From Oopsacas minuta (taxonomy: Eukaryota > Animalia > Porifera): 64,000 nt of DNA. Both the position numbers and the translations under genes were made by a program. The number at the start of each line of letters is the position of its first letter. Positions within the stretch are counted from its first letter, which is position 1. This document shows, one piece after another, positions 1-11,652 of this stretch. The DNA is taken from the NCBI GenBank assembly GCA_024704765.1, contig JAKMXF010000210.1:62001-126000 (forward strand), in the 5' to 3' direction. The notes beneath the pieces are model-generated. The model made no database searches. It had not been told where the DNA came from and saw only the letters and a list, made by a program, of their open reading frames with translations.

Positions 1-3000
1 ACCGGTGCAGATGATGTCACAGATAAACTCTTGTATCTATCCCATTCTCTCAGAGAAACATAACTTGGAATTAGTATAACCTTTTTCGAGCCAGCTTGTA
101 TATCTATGTTGGTACGTGAGAATGCTATAGAAGGATGTGTCTTTATGTTGACTGTAGCGTTTACTCTGCTAAGTATCATGATGTATAGTCTCTGTGATAA
201 AGCTTGATGGAGAAAGCAAACACTGAACTCTTCTCCTTCATTAATTAAGGACCCTGTAAATGTAAATTATTCTGGATAATTAGTATTGCCAAATCAGTGA
301 TATTTACTCAATTTGCTATGTTGAAAATATGACTGCTGTGAGAAATATTTCCCGTATGGTTATTTCCTCTGAATTTCTAAATAATTAAATTTATTACTGA
401 GGAAAGAATCCGAATAAGATGTTGAATTAGTTTTTTAGCACACTTAGTCGTATATATCTTCAATCTCTAGAAGTTTAATACATCCATTGATGTAGATTCT
501 TCATGGATAAAGTACGTATTCGGCGATTTATTTACCATTTGATGTCATTATGCGTCTTAGAAAATTATGTTTTGGAGGACTTTGTTCACATGGCTTTGGT
601 TCCTGATACAATACAGTAAAACTACTAATCCAACCCATAATTTACTTCCCATTCATCTTAATGCAATCCCTTATCGGATAAGACTTTACTGTATGGATAT
701 CACAGGAGGTGTAGATTACGATAGCTATCATAGTAGGTAGTTATGTTCTAATTAAATTTCCCCATAAATAGAGCTTAGACTTTTTCCCAAAATTTAATTC
801 AATATGTATGTAGGTGACTAGCTGAGATTGTATAATCAACAGGTTCGTATTACACATAAACATGTATATTGTATGAACAAGAGATTTCTTACAAATTCAT
901 TATTAAATCACATTTTTATTAATGTATAGTTATTTAACATTTGAGCCGATTAATCTCTGGTTAGAATTTGTGTAATCTACACCTGCTTAATATTCTTCCT
1001 CCTACATTGATGGTATGATATTTCTCCTAAGTAGAAAATTCTTAATTTTACAATTAACCAGCTAAACAGTAATTCTGTTGGTTAACCACTAAATTATCAG
1101 TCTTGACTTTAACTTTGTATACACACAGAACGATCCTGAAATACATTATTGTACCCATATCATCTTAATAAAATTTTCGATGTATGGAATTGTTTATAAA
1201 TACATACTTCGGATCCCCAACCATTCTTGGTGGCATACAGAATATTTATTTTCTAATAACTTATTCAACTGGTTAAAAATTGATAATTATTCTGACTTAA
1301 TCTACGTATATTGATTACATCTCTTCTCAACTGAGTAAGATATTAAGTTAATAGTAACACAGACAATTAACATAATCAGTATTATATTACCATTGATGTT
1401 AATATGTAAGATTTGTAATCTCTCTAAGCATTTTCTTTAATTTCTAAGAAAACTTTATTTGTTCTATCATTCATATTTGAAATAATTAGATGGAAATTAG
1501 TGATAAATACTCCCCGATCCAGGCTTATAAGGCTAAATTATTGTTCAGAAAATTCAAAAATTTGGTTGCCAATGACAATGAAGCAGAATTGGATATTCTC
1601 TCACTTGAATTTCCAGAAGCAAAATACACCCGTAATCGCAAAGCTAACATATTCTTGAATTCAAATCTTGTTATTTCTAAAGGTATAACAATGACTCTAT
1701 TACATTGGGCTTGCATTAACAACAGTTTCAAATGCGTGAACTGGTTGCTAATACACTCTGCTACTGCGGTATTACCTGACTCAGAAGTAGTATACCCGAT
1801 ACAAACTTGTGTACTATTAAATCACCACCAATGTCTCAGAAGTATCATAGCTTACTGTCCACGAAGTATCAGGTCTACTGGACAGATATCAGATAATCCA
1901 TTAGTTATTGCATGCTCACTCGGACATATAGAGTGTGTTAGATTGCTTATAAAGAATGATATAAATCCAAATGAGTTAGTATTCAATGACGATTCTAATT
2001 TAGCTCATATTGCAGCTAGAGATGGGAGATTAGGAGTGTTACAGCTGGTTGTAAGACAAGGAGTGAGTATGGAAAGTTTAGATGAGAATGGTGACTCTCC
2101 TTTACACTTAGCTGCTAGAAGTGGTTGTCTAGATTGTGTAGAATTTATTGTTAGATCTCTACCTGATTCTTATCTCAGAAAGAGTGTTAATAACTATGGA
2201 GAAACTCCAGAGAGTCTAGCTAGCAAGAATCTACGTTACGAGTGTATGAGCTATTTTGCATTGCTAAACAGAACACCTGTTCGTATTCTTAACGATTTGA
2301 ATAAAGCTAATTCTGTACACGATGCAGCACGTAATGGTAATCTCAAAGAATTAGCACTGCTTATTCTAAACGATGATAGTAAAATGGAGGAACGTGACAT
2401 GATGCTTTCTACCTGCCTACATAAAGCAGCTGGATATGGTCACAAGGATTGTATTGATTGGTTATTGCTTCATGGAGCCAGCCCATTACGTTTAAATGTA
2501 GATGGAGATACTCCTGGAGAAGTAGCTTATAGATATGGACACGATATCTGTTTTGAAACTCTAACTGAGGAGGTTAAGTAAACTCTACGACATTCCTACT
2601 AAAACTCCCACTACCCACACAGTCTCACACACACACACACGCACACAATTATTTATCCTATACACTGATATCCATACACTTACTAGCATTACATGAATCA
2701 TATTTTTTGAGATAATTACTCTATCAATTATATATTTATTCTGGTTTAAAAATCGAATATATATTAATGAATTTGTATAAAATACTATTCTATTTATGAC
2801 TATATAGAACGCTAATAAAATCTTATCAAATTATTAATTTGATATCATAGCTGGTAACTGTTAGCGTAGGATTGTTATCAATGCATTATCTTGTCTTGCA
2901 TGGCAAAACATAAGTCTTAGCGGTGGTCGAATAAAAGTTGTATTACTTCCTATGCTTGTACTTGTGTATGTAGCCTTATTAAATGTGAGGTTTTTAATTA

Positions 3001-3602
3001 GTACTGTAATACTGTTGTGCATGACTATCCCGTTTGTATAGGGCGAATATCATAATTATAATTCCCAATTGATTTTATTGGAATTATTAGCTCAAAGTAT
3101 GTGTATATGTGTAGTGAATTCTAGCTCCTAAATGTAAACAGAACATAAAATTCGAAATAGAGGAAAATAGGCAAAAATTGATGTGTTTAACATTCTACTG
3201 ATTGAAATATGGAATATATACGGTAGAAACCGAATATCTTTATCACATTTTTAGCACGAAAATTTGTTAAAAAAATATATCCGTTTGTAAAAATACGTGT
3301 TGAAATATTCGGTTTCTACTGCACCTGTCTGAGATTTACATACATTTTGCGTTCAAAAAGTTCCTATCCACCTGAATTCCTAGATATATTTAGCTTTTAT
3401 ATACGCTGAATTGTTGCATGTTGATTAGAAATTGACATTTATATATGTATATACACAACTTACCACCATCGTTATCAATTATTGTATCAGCTGGACTAGA
3501 CACTTGTGTTGGTAAAATAGAAGTTCTGTTTGCAATTGAGAACGTTTCTCCACAAAGAATAGAAATCAACAAAACTAGGATAAGCATTCTTCTTTCAACC
3601 AT
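1..3602 (-). CDS. Secreted protein with probable IgGFc-binding-protein (FCGBP) N-terminal-type domain; exons 3602-3464 and 253-<1, runs off the left edge
   Basis: Exon 1 encodes a signal peptide (MVERRMLILVLLISILCGETFS...DNDG) and ends in a phase-1 GTAAGT donor at 3463. An open exon follows a tttacag acceptor at 254 and joins in phase: GSLINEGEEFSVCFLHQ...LYIMILSRVNATVNIK...KSLSVTSSAPV, resembling the GxEF..F / KxIxVxSxxPV pattern of this domain. Confidence 0.55.
1490..2581 (+). CDS. ANKRD42: Ankyrin-repeat protein, ANKRD42-like; may continue via a donor GAG|GTTAAG at 2572/2573
   Basis: 363-aa ORF with many ankyrin repeats (LLHWAC, LAHIAARDG, PLHLAARSG, VHDAARNG, CLHKAAGYG); the repeat order resembles ANKRD42 as I recall it. 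Confidence 0.7.
   Translation: MEISDKYSPIQAYKAKLLFRKFKNLVANDNEAELDILSLEFPEAKYTRNRKANIFLNSNLVISKGITMTLLHWACINNSFKCVNWLLIHSATAVLPDSEVVYPIQTCVLLNHHQCLRSIIAYCPRSIRSTGQISDNPLVIACSLGHIECVRLLIKNDINPNELVFNDDSNLAHIAARDGRLGVLQLVVRQGVSMESLDENGDSPLHLAARSGCLDCVEFIVRSLPDSYLRKSVNNYGETPESLASKNLRYECMSYFALLNRTPVRILNDLNKANSVHDAARNGNLKELALLILNDDSKMEERDMMLSTCLHKAAGYGHKDCIDWLLLHGASPLRLNVDGDTPGEVAYRYGHDICFETLTEEVK
2626..2647. repeat. (CA)n microsatellite
   Basis: Visible CA run. Confidence 0.9.
3221..3321. mobile_element. 101-bp MITE, Tc1/mariner/pogo type
   Basis: Inverted termini CGGTAGAAACCGAATAT ... ATATTCGGTTTCTACTG; TA on the left, CA on the right (imperfect TA duplication). Confidence 0.7.
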
Positions 3603-3698
3603 ATTAATGTTTAAGATGATCTGACACTAAAATTCAACTTATATATACAATGAAGGTACCATATTATTATCTTATTTCATTCAACTTTATAATATTAG

Positions 3699-3730
<32 letters not shown>
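3699..3730. repeat. (CT)n(AT)n compound microsatellite
   Basis: Visible run. Confidence 0.9.
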
Positions 3731-4370
3731 CAGAGCTGAATTATCTTCCTACTGAAAGACCCGGGAAATATTAATGGTTATGTGACCAGGAATACAATCG
3801 TTGATTGTTTTCTAAATCTCAGTCAGAGTTTTACCATTTTTCATTCTCGTAATAATGCATATATACTTTACGCGAATGTGTATTGTTGATTTGAGGCTAA
3901 ACAACTTCTGAGAACTCTTTCGAGCTTGAGAGTAGGAATTGTTTTAGATTGTATACTACACAAGATCACTCCTGTTATATAGAAATCTAAAATTGTGCCA
4001 ATATGGTCTCATTCCATCAAAGTTACATAATTTCGCTTCATCAGTACTCCATTTTATTGTGGATATTTCTCTGGCCTGACGTGGCCAAATTAATCAGAGC
4101 ATAGTCAGCATACCGTTACGTAATTATTGGGTTAGGTGGTTACAAGTATGTCTGTGAGAATAGAATTATCTAACATGTATGTAGTTAGTTTAATATGTGG
4201 TGGTACCACTGTCACAATACTATAACCAATATACAATAGTGAATTGGTTAAATTAAATGGGATACAATTAGACTATAACTCTCATTCAACCACCACATTA
4301 ATTATCATGAATTAACAACACCTAATTATATTTATTTTTGTAGAGTTATTGAGTACTGAGAGAGATAATT

Positions 4371-4901
4371 ATGTCATCTACTCAGGAGAGAGGAAATGAA
4401 CCAACCAGCACGAGGCTTAGAGGATCAGGGGGCATGGACTATCAGTTTCGCCAACGAGTACCAGAACACCACGCGAGGAGCGCGTCACTGAAATCTACAT
4501 ACAAAAAGATATTACTTCTTCAATGTCTCTTACTAGCTTCAAGTTTATTCATTATGAAAATATCATTTGGAAATACAAGTCTTATAATTCTGTTAATAAT
4601 TAGTGTAGTTGGTAATCTCTTAAGTGTTTTGATAGGAGCATGTGGTCGATCTAATACCAGTTCTACTCTAATGAAGCTGAATGGTACAATTGTCGTAGCA
4701 CTGTGTATGTTTCCTCTCATACTCTATCTGTTTCTAATTTCTATCTATCCCTATCGATTGAAGACTACTGGTATGATTGTAATGCACTCTATTCTTCTTT
4801 TAATTGCTGATATGTTTGTTGCAGTGTATTCAAGAATGATGGTTAACTGTTGGAACAAAGCCAAAGAATATAAATACCAAACATCTAATGACAAGAGATG
4901 A
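4371..4901 (+). CDS. JAGN1: Jagunal homolog (ER membrane protein)
   Basis: N-terminal RLRGSGGMDYQFRQRVPEHH..S..LK...KK matches the Jagunal GTDGSDFxHRERVA.HY motif; about four hydrophobic segments; 176 aa, intronless. Confidence 0.8.
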   Translation: MSSTQERGNEPTSTRLRGSGGMDYQFRQRVPEHHARSASLKSTYKKILLLQCLLLASSLFIMKISFGNTSLIILLIISVVGNLLSVLIGACGRSNTSSTLMKLNGTIVVALCMFPLILYLFLISIYPYRLKTTGMIVMHSILLLIADMFVAVYSRMMVNCWNKAKEYKYQTSNDKR

Positions 4902-5461
4902 ATGTTGTTTTCTGTAAAATGCCTCTATAGCTATCCCTCAATCTATCTTACCTACAAATACTGTATATACGTATATTCATACTTACATTGATATTGCAAA
5001 CGAGTTATTTGTACAAAATAATTCGCCATAAACAGTGTGCGATGTCTAATTTACATAAGAAATGCCATCTAGCATCTACGTAGGGTACATTTCGGGAGTG
5101 TAGATAACGTATAATATCCAGTTATGCTAGTTAATTGCTAGGAAGCAGGATAGAACACTGGATTATTATCAACCACTTGAAATATATGCAAGTATGGCAG
5201 TATATAGTCGCAATATCGTTTGTATTATAACTTCCTCGAACGTAATTCAGCGAACTTTCGTTATAATGGAAGTGCTTGGTTTCATCGTAAGCGGAGTAAA
5301 TCAATTACTTTCAAGCTATAGAGTGTAAAGAATCATTTTATATAGCTATATACGTACATTAAGTATACATAACTTCTACACTATAAGTATTACAAGAGAT
5401 ATCCACGTTTGTTCTAGTTACTCTATTTCCCTTGGGTGCATTGAACGGATTAGTATGTGAG

Positions 5462-7747
5462 ATGGCAACTCGTTTTCTACGCTCTATCTCACACATTTCT
5501 CGTTTCCCCCAGATTACAAAACCTCCCTCTCCTTACAGAATTACATCTTATATCAATCATGTACGTTCCATTACGACCTCACCGTCCCTCTTCAAAACAG
5601 ATCCTGTCGGGAAACCCCTCAACATACCGGATCACAAGTTGAAACCTCAGAAATTACCAGTTGGAGAGAACCAAGAAGGATTTGAGGAAGTAGAGCTATT
5701 CGATGAGGATGGAGTTGATCATGGAAAAGGTAGCGTACTCTTCCCTGATGAAGACTCATGGAAATGGGACAGAGATGCAGAAGCCTTTCCTGACATTACT
5801 CTATCTACACTCACTATCAACTTTGGGCCTCAACATCCAGCTGCTCACGGGGTACTCAGATTGATTATGGAGATAGAAGGGGAGGTAAGTATCATAAATA
5901 ACTTGACCAGTGGTTATATCTTACGATTAGATACTCTAAATAGAGATTAAAAAATATATCGGCTTGTTGGTCTAGTGGTATGATTCTCGCTTAGGGTGCG
6001 AGAGGTCCCGGGTTCAACTCCCGGACAAGCCCTACTTTTTGCCTTCCTCGGTTCTTAAATTTCTGTTGAAGTTTGAACTATGGATAATAGAAAACTATTG
6101 TCATTTGAAGAATACTCGCCATAGCATGGCTTACAAATATTCTGTATTACTCTGGCATCCAGTTATGTAAATTCAAAGGACCGGTTACATATGCAGTTGC
6201 TCGTATATGTACAGGGTGACCCTTAAATATTTGAGTACTTGAGTATGTGCCAAAGGTTTAGTCATTTATCCTGATACCATTTGTTCTTTGTCCTAGACAG
6301 TTGTGCCAAAGTGTATACTTTTTCCCTCCTTAATCTAGACAATAGTCTAATTGTTTGGTTTTCTAATTGGTTGGGTTCTCTTCCTTCTTTAGTGTCCACT
6401 TGTTCATACATAAATCTCGTAATCGTTATCCACTTCGAATTCTGTTATTGTCCAGAGTTCGCTAATTGCCTGCTTCGATCCCATTCCCCACTGGTGGACA
6501 ATTAGAGAGGACCCACTGTATGTAGTAAATCTAGCCAACAGGAACAGCCGCAATTATATAAGCAATATGTAGGTCCTCTCTAATTGTCCACCAATGAGTG
6601 GATAATGGGGTTTGAAGCAGGCAATTAGAGAACCCTTGACAATTACAGAATTCGAAGTGGATAACGGTTACGAGATTTATGTATGAACAAGTGGACACTA
6701 GAGAAGTAAGAGAACAATTAGACAATTGTATAGATTATGAAGGGAATAAACAATTAGAGAGAATCCACTATATATAATTCCAGGGACTAGAGAAAGGTCA
6801 TTCTCGAATTATATATAGTAATATTTCTTCAATAGTTGTAGGCTTTGATAATCGAGTCAGCATAATATACTGATTGTTATTTCAGATATTTTATATTGTT
6901 ATTTTTATGAATCTGTATCTTTAGACAGTCCGTAAATGTGACCCACACATCGGCCTCTTACATCGCGGTACAGAGAAACTAATAGAGTACAAAACTTACA
7001 CTCAAGCTCTCCCATACTTCGACAGACTTGACTATGTAAGCATGATGTGTAACGAGCAGTGTTACTCCCTTGCTATAGAGAAACTTCTAGGGATTGATAT
7101 TCCTATTAGAGCTAAGTATATACGGACAATGTTTGCAGAGATAACTCGTATTCTCAACCATTTGATGGCTGTAGGAGCTCATATTCTTGATGTAGGGGCT
7201 ATTACTCCATTTCTATGGTTTTTCGAGGAAAGAGAGAAGATGATGGAGTTTTATGAGAGAGTATCAGGAGCTAGACTACATGCTGCTTATATCAGACCGG
7301 GGGGTGTAGCTCAGGATATGCCTATTGGTTTGATGGATGATATATATGATTTTTTAAAGCATTTCCCTGCTCGATTAGATGAGGTGAGTTTATATCGTTT
7401 CTAAAGTAATAGTTTATAGTATTATTTGAAATACGATGGTGCCTGTTATAACGGCTGCTTAAGAGACTCGCAAAATAGTGCTCGTTATAGGCAGAAACAC
7501 TTCGTTTAATTGAGAACGAAAGTGATAACACAGGGTACGTACTTCATCAGGTCGCATAGATTTTCCAATTTATAATACAGTCGAGCCTGCTATTACTGCA
7601 TTTCTATATACCAGGTAGTCGAACACTGAACTACATAGGCATACAGCCCTGCTGTATAATTTCCGATAGAATCAACTTATTAGCGGCCACTTGTAAATAT
7701 CCGAATTTTAGGTATCTACGCTATAGCGGGGTGATAGATATATTTCA

Positions 7748-7779
<32 letters not shown>

Positions 7780-8469
7780 TGGATATAACATTGACTATTT
7801 CTCTTCTGTCTTATACTGAAGATTCAATTTTCATTTCTTCTCTATCAGGTTGAAGATGTAGTCACTGGTAATCGTATATGGAAGCAGAGAGTAGTAGACA
7901 TAGGAGTAGTACCAGCTAAGGCAGCATTAGACTACGGATTTACCGGAGTAATGTTGAGAGGTTCCGGTATAAAATGGGATCTCAGAAAGGTCCAACCTTA
8001 TGATGCTTACTCATGGGTTGACTTTGATATACCTATAGGACAGAACGGAGACTGTTTTGACAGATATCTATGTAGAATGCACGAGATGAGACAAAGCTTG
8101 AGGATAATCAATCAATGTCTTAACCAAATGCCAGAGGGTGATGTCAAAGTTGATGACGTCAAGATTACACCCCCGAAACGCTCCGAAATGAAGAACTCAA
8201 TGGAAGCACTAATCCATCACTTCAAACTGTTCTCACAGGGATATCAGGTCCCTCCCGGATCGACTTACACAGCTATTGAAGCCCCTAAAGGAGAATTTGG
8301 CGTATATATCGTCTCTGATGGATCATCTCGTCCCTATAGATGTAAGATCAGAGCTCCTGGCTTCTATCATCTCTCAGCATTAGACTTTATGTGTAAAGGA
8401 CATATGCTCGCAGATGTTGTAGCTATTATAGGGACCATGGATGTTGTGTTTGGTGAGATTGATCGGTAA
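5462..8469 (+). CDS. NDUFS2: NADH:ubiquinone oxidoreductase 49-kDa subunit; exons 5462-5884, 6925-7383, 7849-8469 (500 aa)
   Basis: [58 protein letters not shown]; both introns GT-AG and phase 0; Arg/Ser-rich presequence. Confidence 0.97.
5961..6032 (+). tRNA. tRNA-Pro(AGG), inside NDUFS2 intron 1
   Basis: GGCTTGT/ACAAGCC acceptor stem, CTCGC-TTAGGGT-GCGAG anticodon arm, CCGGG-TTCAACT-CCCGG T arm; near-identical to eukaryotic tRNA-Pro. Confidence 0.97.
6036..6040 (+). terminator. RNA polymerase III oligo-T terminator of the tRNA-Pro
   Basis: T5 run 3 nt after the tRNA 3' end. Confidence 0.75.
6322..6746. mobile_element. Long inverted repeat (foldback/MITE-like) in NDUFS2 intron 1
   Basis: Core arms 6390-6513 and 6572-6700 are near-perfect reverse complements around a 58-nt spacer; looser pairing extends to 6322/6746; recurrent CTAATTG/CAATTAG motif. 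Confidence 0.85.
7578..7738 (+). mobile_element. Degenerate TA-CAGT-type MITE remnant in NDUFS2 intron 2
   Basis: Begins TA|CAGTCGAGCCTGCTATTAC like other elements in the window; right terminus poorly preserved. Confidence 0.35.
7753..7779. repeat. (TG)n microsatellite
   Basis: Visible run in NDUFS2 intron 2. Confidence 0.9.
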
Positions 8470-8714
8470 TGAGTATCTAATCTTACGAAAATATACATAA
8501 TTCGTCATGTAGCTTACAATAGAGTTTTGTGGGAATATATAAATGTGTTATTTCGGAAGTATAGGGTTGTCATTTACTAGTCAATTACAGTGAGAGCCGA
8601 TTATAACTATAAAATGTTTCATGTTTAAACTTTAGCTTTTTATATTATTTTATCAATGCTTCATCACAACACTGCTTTTTAATATTTTTATCCTTTTTAA
8701 TCTACATCTCTAAA

Positions 8715-11255
8715 ATGGTTGAAGCAGACAACTCTATTATAACACAAGTAAAGCCTGATGACGTCATTCATATTCAAATTGTTCCTGGTCAGTTAAATAT
8801 TCTTAATTCTCTATAGTAGTGGTTGTTATATCTTACTTATATCTTCAAAATAATATTAATTTGATGAGGAAATTCTTATCATTAATATTTATTTCTTCAT
8901 GAAAAAGTTGGAAGTTCATTAATATATTTCTAGTTGCTTGTCTGGCTGGACATGAAACTATGGCATACAATTATTAAATTATCAGTTAAGATGTACAGAC
9001 GACTCCATCTGGGACAAAATATGTACTCAGTACTACTCACCATTCGAGTGTACATCTTTCCGATTATATATTGTATTAAGATGAATAGGGAACTAAGTTT
9101 TGGTTTGAAAGAAGCATGTATTAACCGAGTGTACATCTTATCCGAGTTCTACTGTATTGACCAGAAATATTCACTACTACTTATCCAGTGATTTTCCAAT
9201 TCGTGAACCACATTTTTCATACATTTGTATTATTCTCTTTCTTTGTTTTATCCCACATCTAATTTGTTGAAATAATTACTATAAAATATGAATAAAGAAT
9301 TCTATTTATACCAAAACAAATTGAATATTCATTTAAACTATGAATTTCCGTATAATTCAATTGAGTCTTATATGCTTGCTTCTGGCTGGTTTATACAATG
9401 CTAATGAGAATTGTAATAATATCTGTGGACCCCTCAACAATACTCAAGCAAATGATTCACATACTATATTGATAATAAAGTTTGATGTTCCATCATCTAT
9501 GGAGCTTTCTTATATCAAGAACACTCAATATGACGTATCCCTGATGAACACTATTGATGGCACTAATTTCACTGGATTTATAATTCAGGCTAGAGAAGAT
9601 AATAAAATTGTTGGAGAATTTTCCTTCGTTCAGGATTCTCACATCCGAAGTTTCAGATTTAAAAAATGTGAAGATACTAACAATACATTTACAAATGATG
9701 TATCATATCCATCACGGTTCACTATAGTTCAGGCTATTTGGACATCTCCAGATTATACACCATCTAATAACGTTACGTTTTATTATTCTATAATTATCGG
9801 TACTACTTGTACGATGAATATTATTGGACCTACTCTACTTATACCTACAGGTACCCCTACCCCTTCAATAGCCTGTCTTCTCATTGCTAATCCTATCGTC
9901 GCCCTCTTTAGCTTACTCTTATTTCTGATTCTACAATAAGCTAAAGTTACAATACTCGTATATTAATATTTGTTCATGCTTTCTTGTTTCCTAATTGCTC
10001 TATCTACTATTTTTTGTACTGTTATCTATTTCTAATAATTAAAGTATCTCTGAAGACTTTCTTATTGTCTCATATACTCTATTAAGTTATCAAAATTTCT
10101 TCTGATAACAATTATTATTTCATTTATAGAGCCTGTTGAAGAAATAAAAGTTGAAAGCTCCAGCAGTCGTGTCAATTCTTGGCCTTTTATACGATTTTGT
10201 AAATCTCTCCTTTGTTGTAACATCAGAAGTACAGACGTAGAAGATGAACCTCCACCCGTCCCACAAGCAGCTCCTACAACAGATGTACGTATGGTTTGTC
10301 GTTATATAATGTAGTAAACCAATTCACATAAAAATGAAAACACATTAAGTCGTGTTCTCCCATTGGGACTACAGTTCAATATATGCGTACAAGTTTAAAT
10401 ATGAGAAAGTATACTAATAGAAGTACATTATTATAAGCAAGAATATACAAAAACAACAAAAAGGAAAATAAAGAACAATATTGATACAACAAAATAGGAT
10501 TTAGTCTATTGAGTACTTAAATTTTTAATATACAACTTTCTAAAAAGCTCAAGACTATTCATATTCTCTATTAGGCTATAACAAATCATAATACATCTAC
10601 TGCTGCTCTATTACCTCCGTTAGACATTAACGGAATAACGAATAGAAAATGTGTTGTTATTGACTTGGATGAGACATTAGTTCACAGTTCCTTTCGGGTA
10701 TGTATTTGAAGATATCCCAAAACTATTGATTTAGTATATATTAATATATTATTATCTTTTAGCCTGTACCAGATGCAGATTTTATTGTTCCTGTTGAACT
10801 AGATGGAAGAGTTCATCAGGTAATTCCTTTATGCCAAATGTTATAACTTCATATGTTTTTAAATTTATACAATAATCTTCCTTGTAGGTGTATGTATTAA
10901 AGAGACCCTATGTAGATGAATTCCTCAGATATATGGGAAATACTTTTGAGTGTGTATTATTCACAGCTAGTTTATCCAAGGTACATTAAATTCTTGTTAG
11001 TAGTGTTTATCATGAATTGCAATTGTGGAAAACCGGAAAACGCCGTTCGGAATAGGGCGTTTTCCACCGCTCGGTCTTTTGTAAATACTGCCTGTGTTCC
11101 TTTTAATTTCTCGAATTTTGTTATTTTGTTATTTATTTAGTATGCAGAGCCTGTGTCTGACCTTTTGGATACATGCAGTTGCTTCCAGGCAAAACTCTAC
11201 AGAGAATCTTGTGTATATTACAAAGGGAATTATGTCAAAGTTAGTTGCTTGTTTG

Positions 11256-11331
<76 letters not shown>

Positions 11332-11652
11332 GTACTAATGAATAATTTTATGAATATTTCCTCTCTATAATAGGATCTAAGCAAACTTGGTAGAGATTTA
11401 ACTACTACAGTAATTATCGACAATTCACCAGCTTCATACTCTTTCCACCCAGGAAATGCTGTAAGAATTATATGCTAATAATTATTTAATAATGAGATGC
11501 GTTTTCTTAGCTCTAATTGTATTATATAGGTTCCGATCAGTACTTGGTTTGATGACCCCAATGACACAGAATTACGTGATCTTATTCCATTTTTTGAGGG
11601 TTTGAATAAAGTAGACAATGTCCAGAGAGTGCTGGGCCACTCCCAACCTTAG
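8715..11652 (+). CDS. CTDSPL: CTD small phosphatase (SCP/CTDSP family, HAD); exons 8715-8787, 10130-10284, 10575-10697, 10763-10819, 10888-10980, 11141-11239, 11374-11460, 11530-11652 (269 aa)
   Basis: Absent from the ORF track. Spliced product has N-terminal [85 protein letters not shown]; all junctions GT-AG and phase-consistent. Paralog label within the family is uncertain. Confidence 0.9.
8996..9154. mobile_element. Degenerate MITE, same family as 47908-47995
   Basis: Right end GAGTTCTACTG|TA; shares TATTAACCGAGTGTAC(A/G)TCTTATC (23/24 nt) with the 47.9-kb element. Confidence 0.45.
9340..9939 (+). CDS. Reeler-domain protein 1 (signal peptide, probable GPI anchor), nested in CTDSP intron 1
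   Basis: [23 protein letters not shown]....VTFYYSI Reeler pattern; hydrophobic N- and C-termini; intronless. Confidence 0.8.
   Translation: MNFRIIQLSLICLLLAGLYNANENCNNICGPLNNTQANDSHTILIIKFDVPSSMELSYIKNTQYDVSLMNTIDGTNFTGFIIQAREDNKIVGEFSFVQDSHIRSFRFKKCEDTNNTFTNDVSYPSRFTIVQAIWTSPDYTPSNNVTFYYSIIIGTTCTMNIIGPTLLIPTGTPTPSIACLLIANPIVALFSLLLFLILQ
11025..11067. repeat. GC-rich hairpin (small MITE relic) in CTDSP intron 5
   Basis: GGAAAACGCC-11 nt-GGCGTTTTCC perfect 10-bp stem at 11035-11065. Confidence 0.6.
11258..11330. repeat. (AAT)n microsatellite in CTDSP intron 6
   Basis: Visible run. Confidence 0.95.

Noticed and set aside
3900-4085. Minus-strand KWSTDEAKLCNFDGMRPYWH, faintly like a Tc1/mariner transposase DE motif
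   Set aside because: Too short, no downstream D or E motifs and no terminal repeats; could be chance.
6281-6725. Two short ORFs (6281-6505 + and 6531-6725 -) with near-identical peptides ([12 protein letters not shown]...)
   Set aside because: They are the two arms of the intronic inverted repeat read in opposite directions, not duplicated genes.
11094-11423. ORFs with poly-Asn, poly-Ile and poly-Tyr tracts
   Set aside because: Translations of the (AAT)n microsatellite in CTDSP intron 6.
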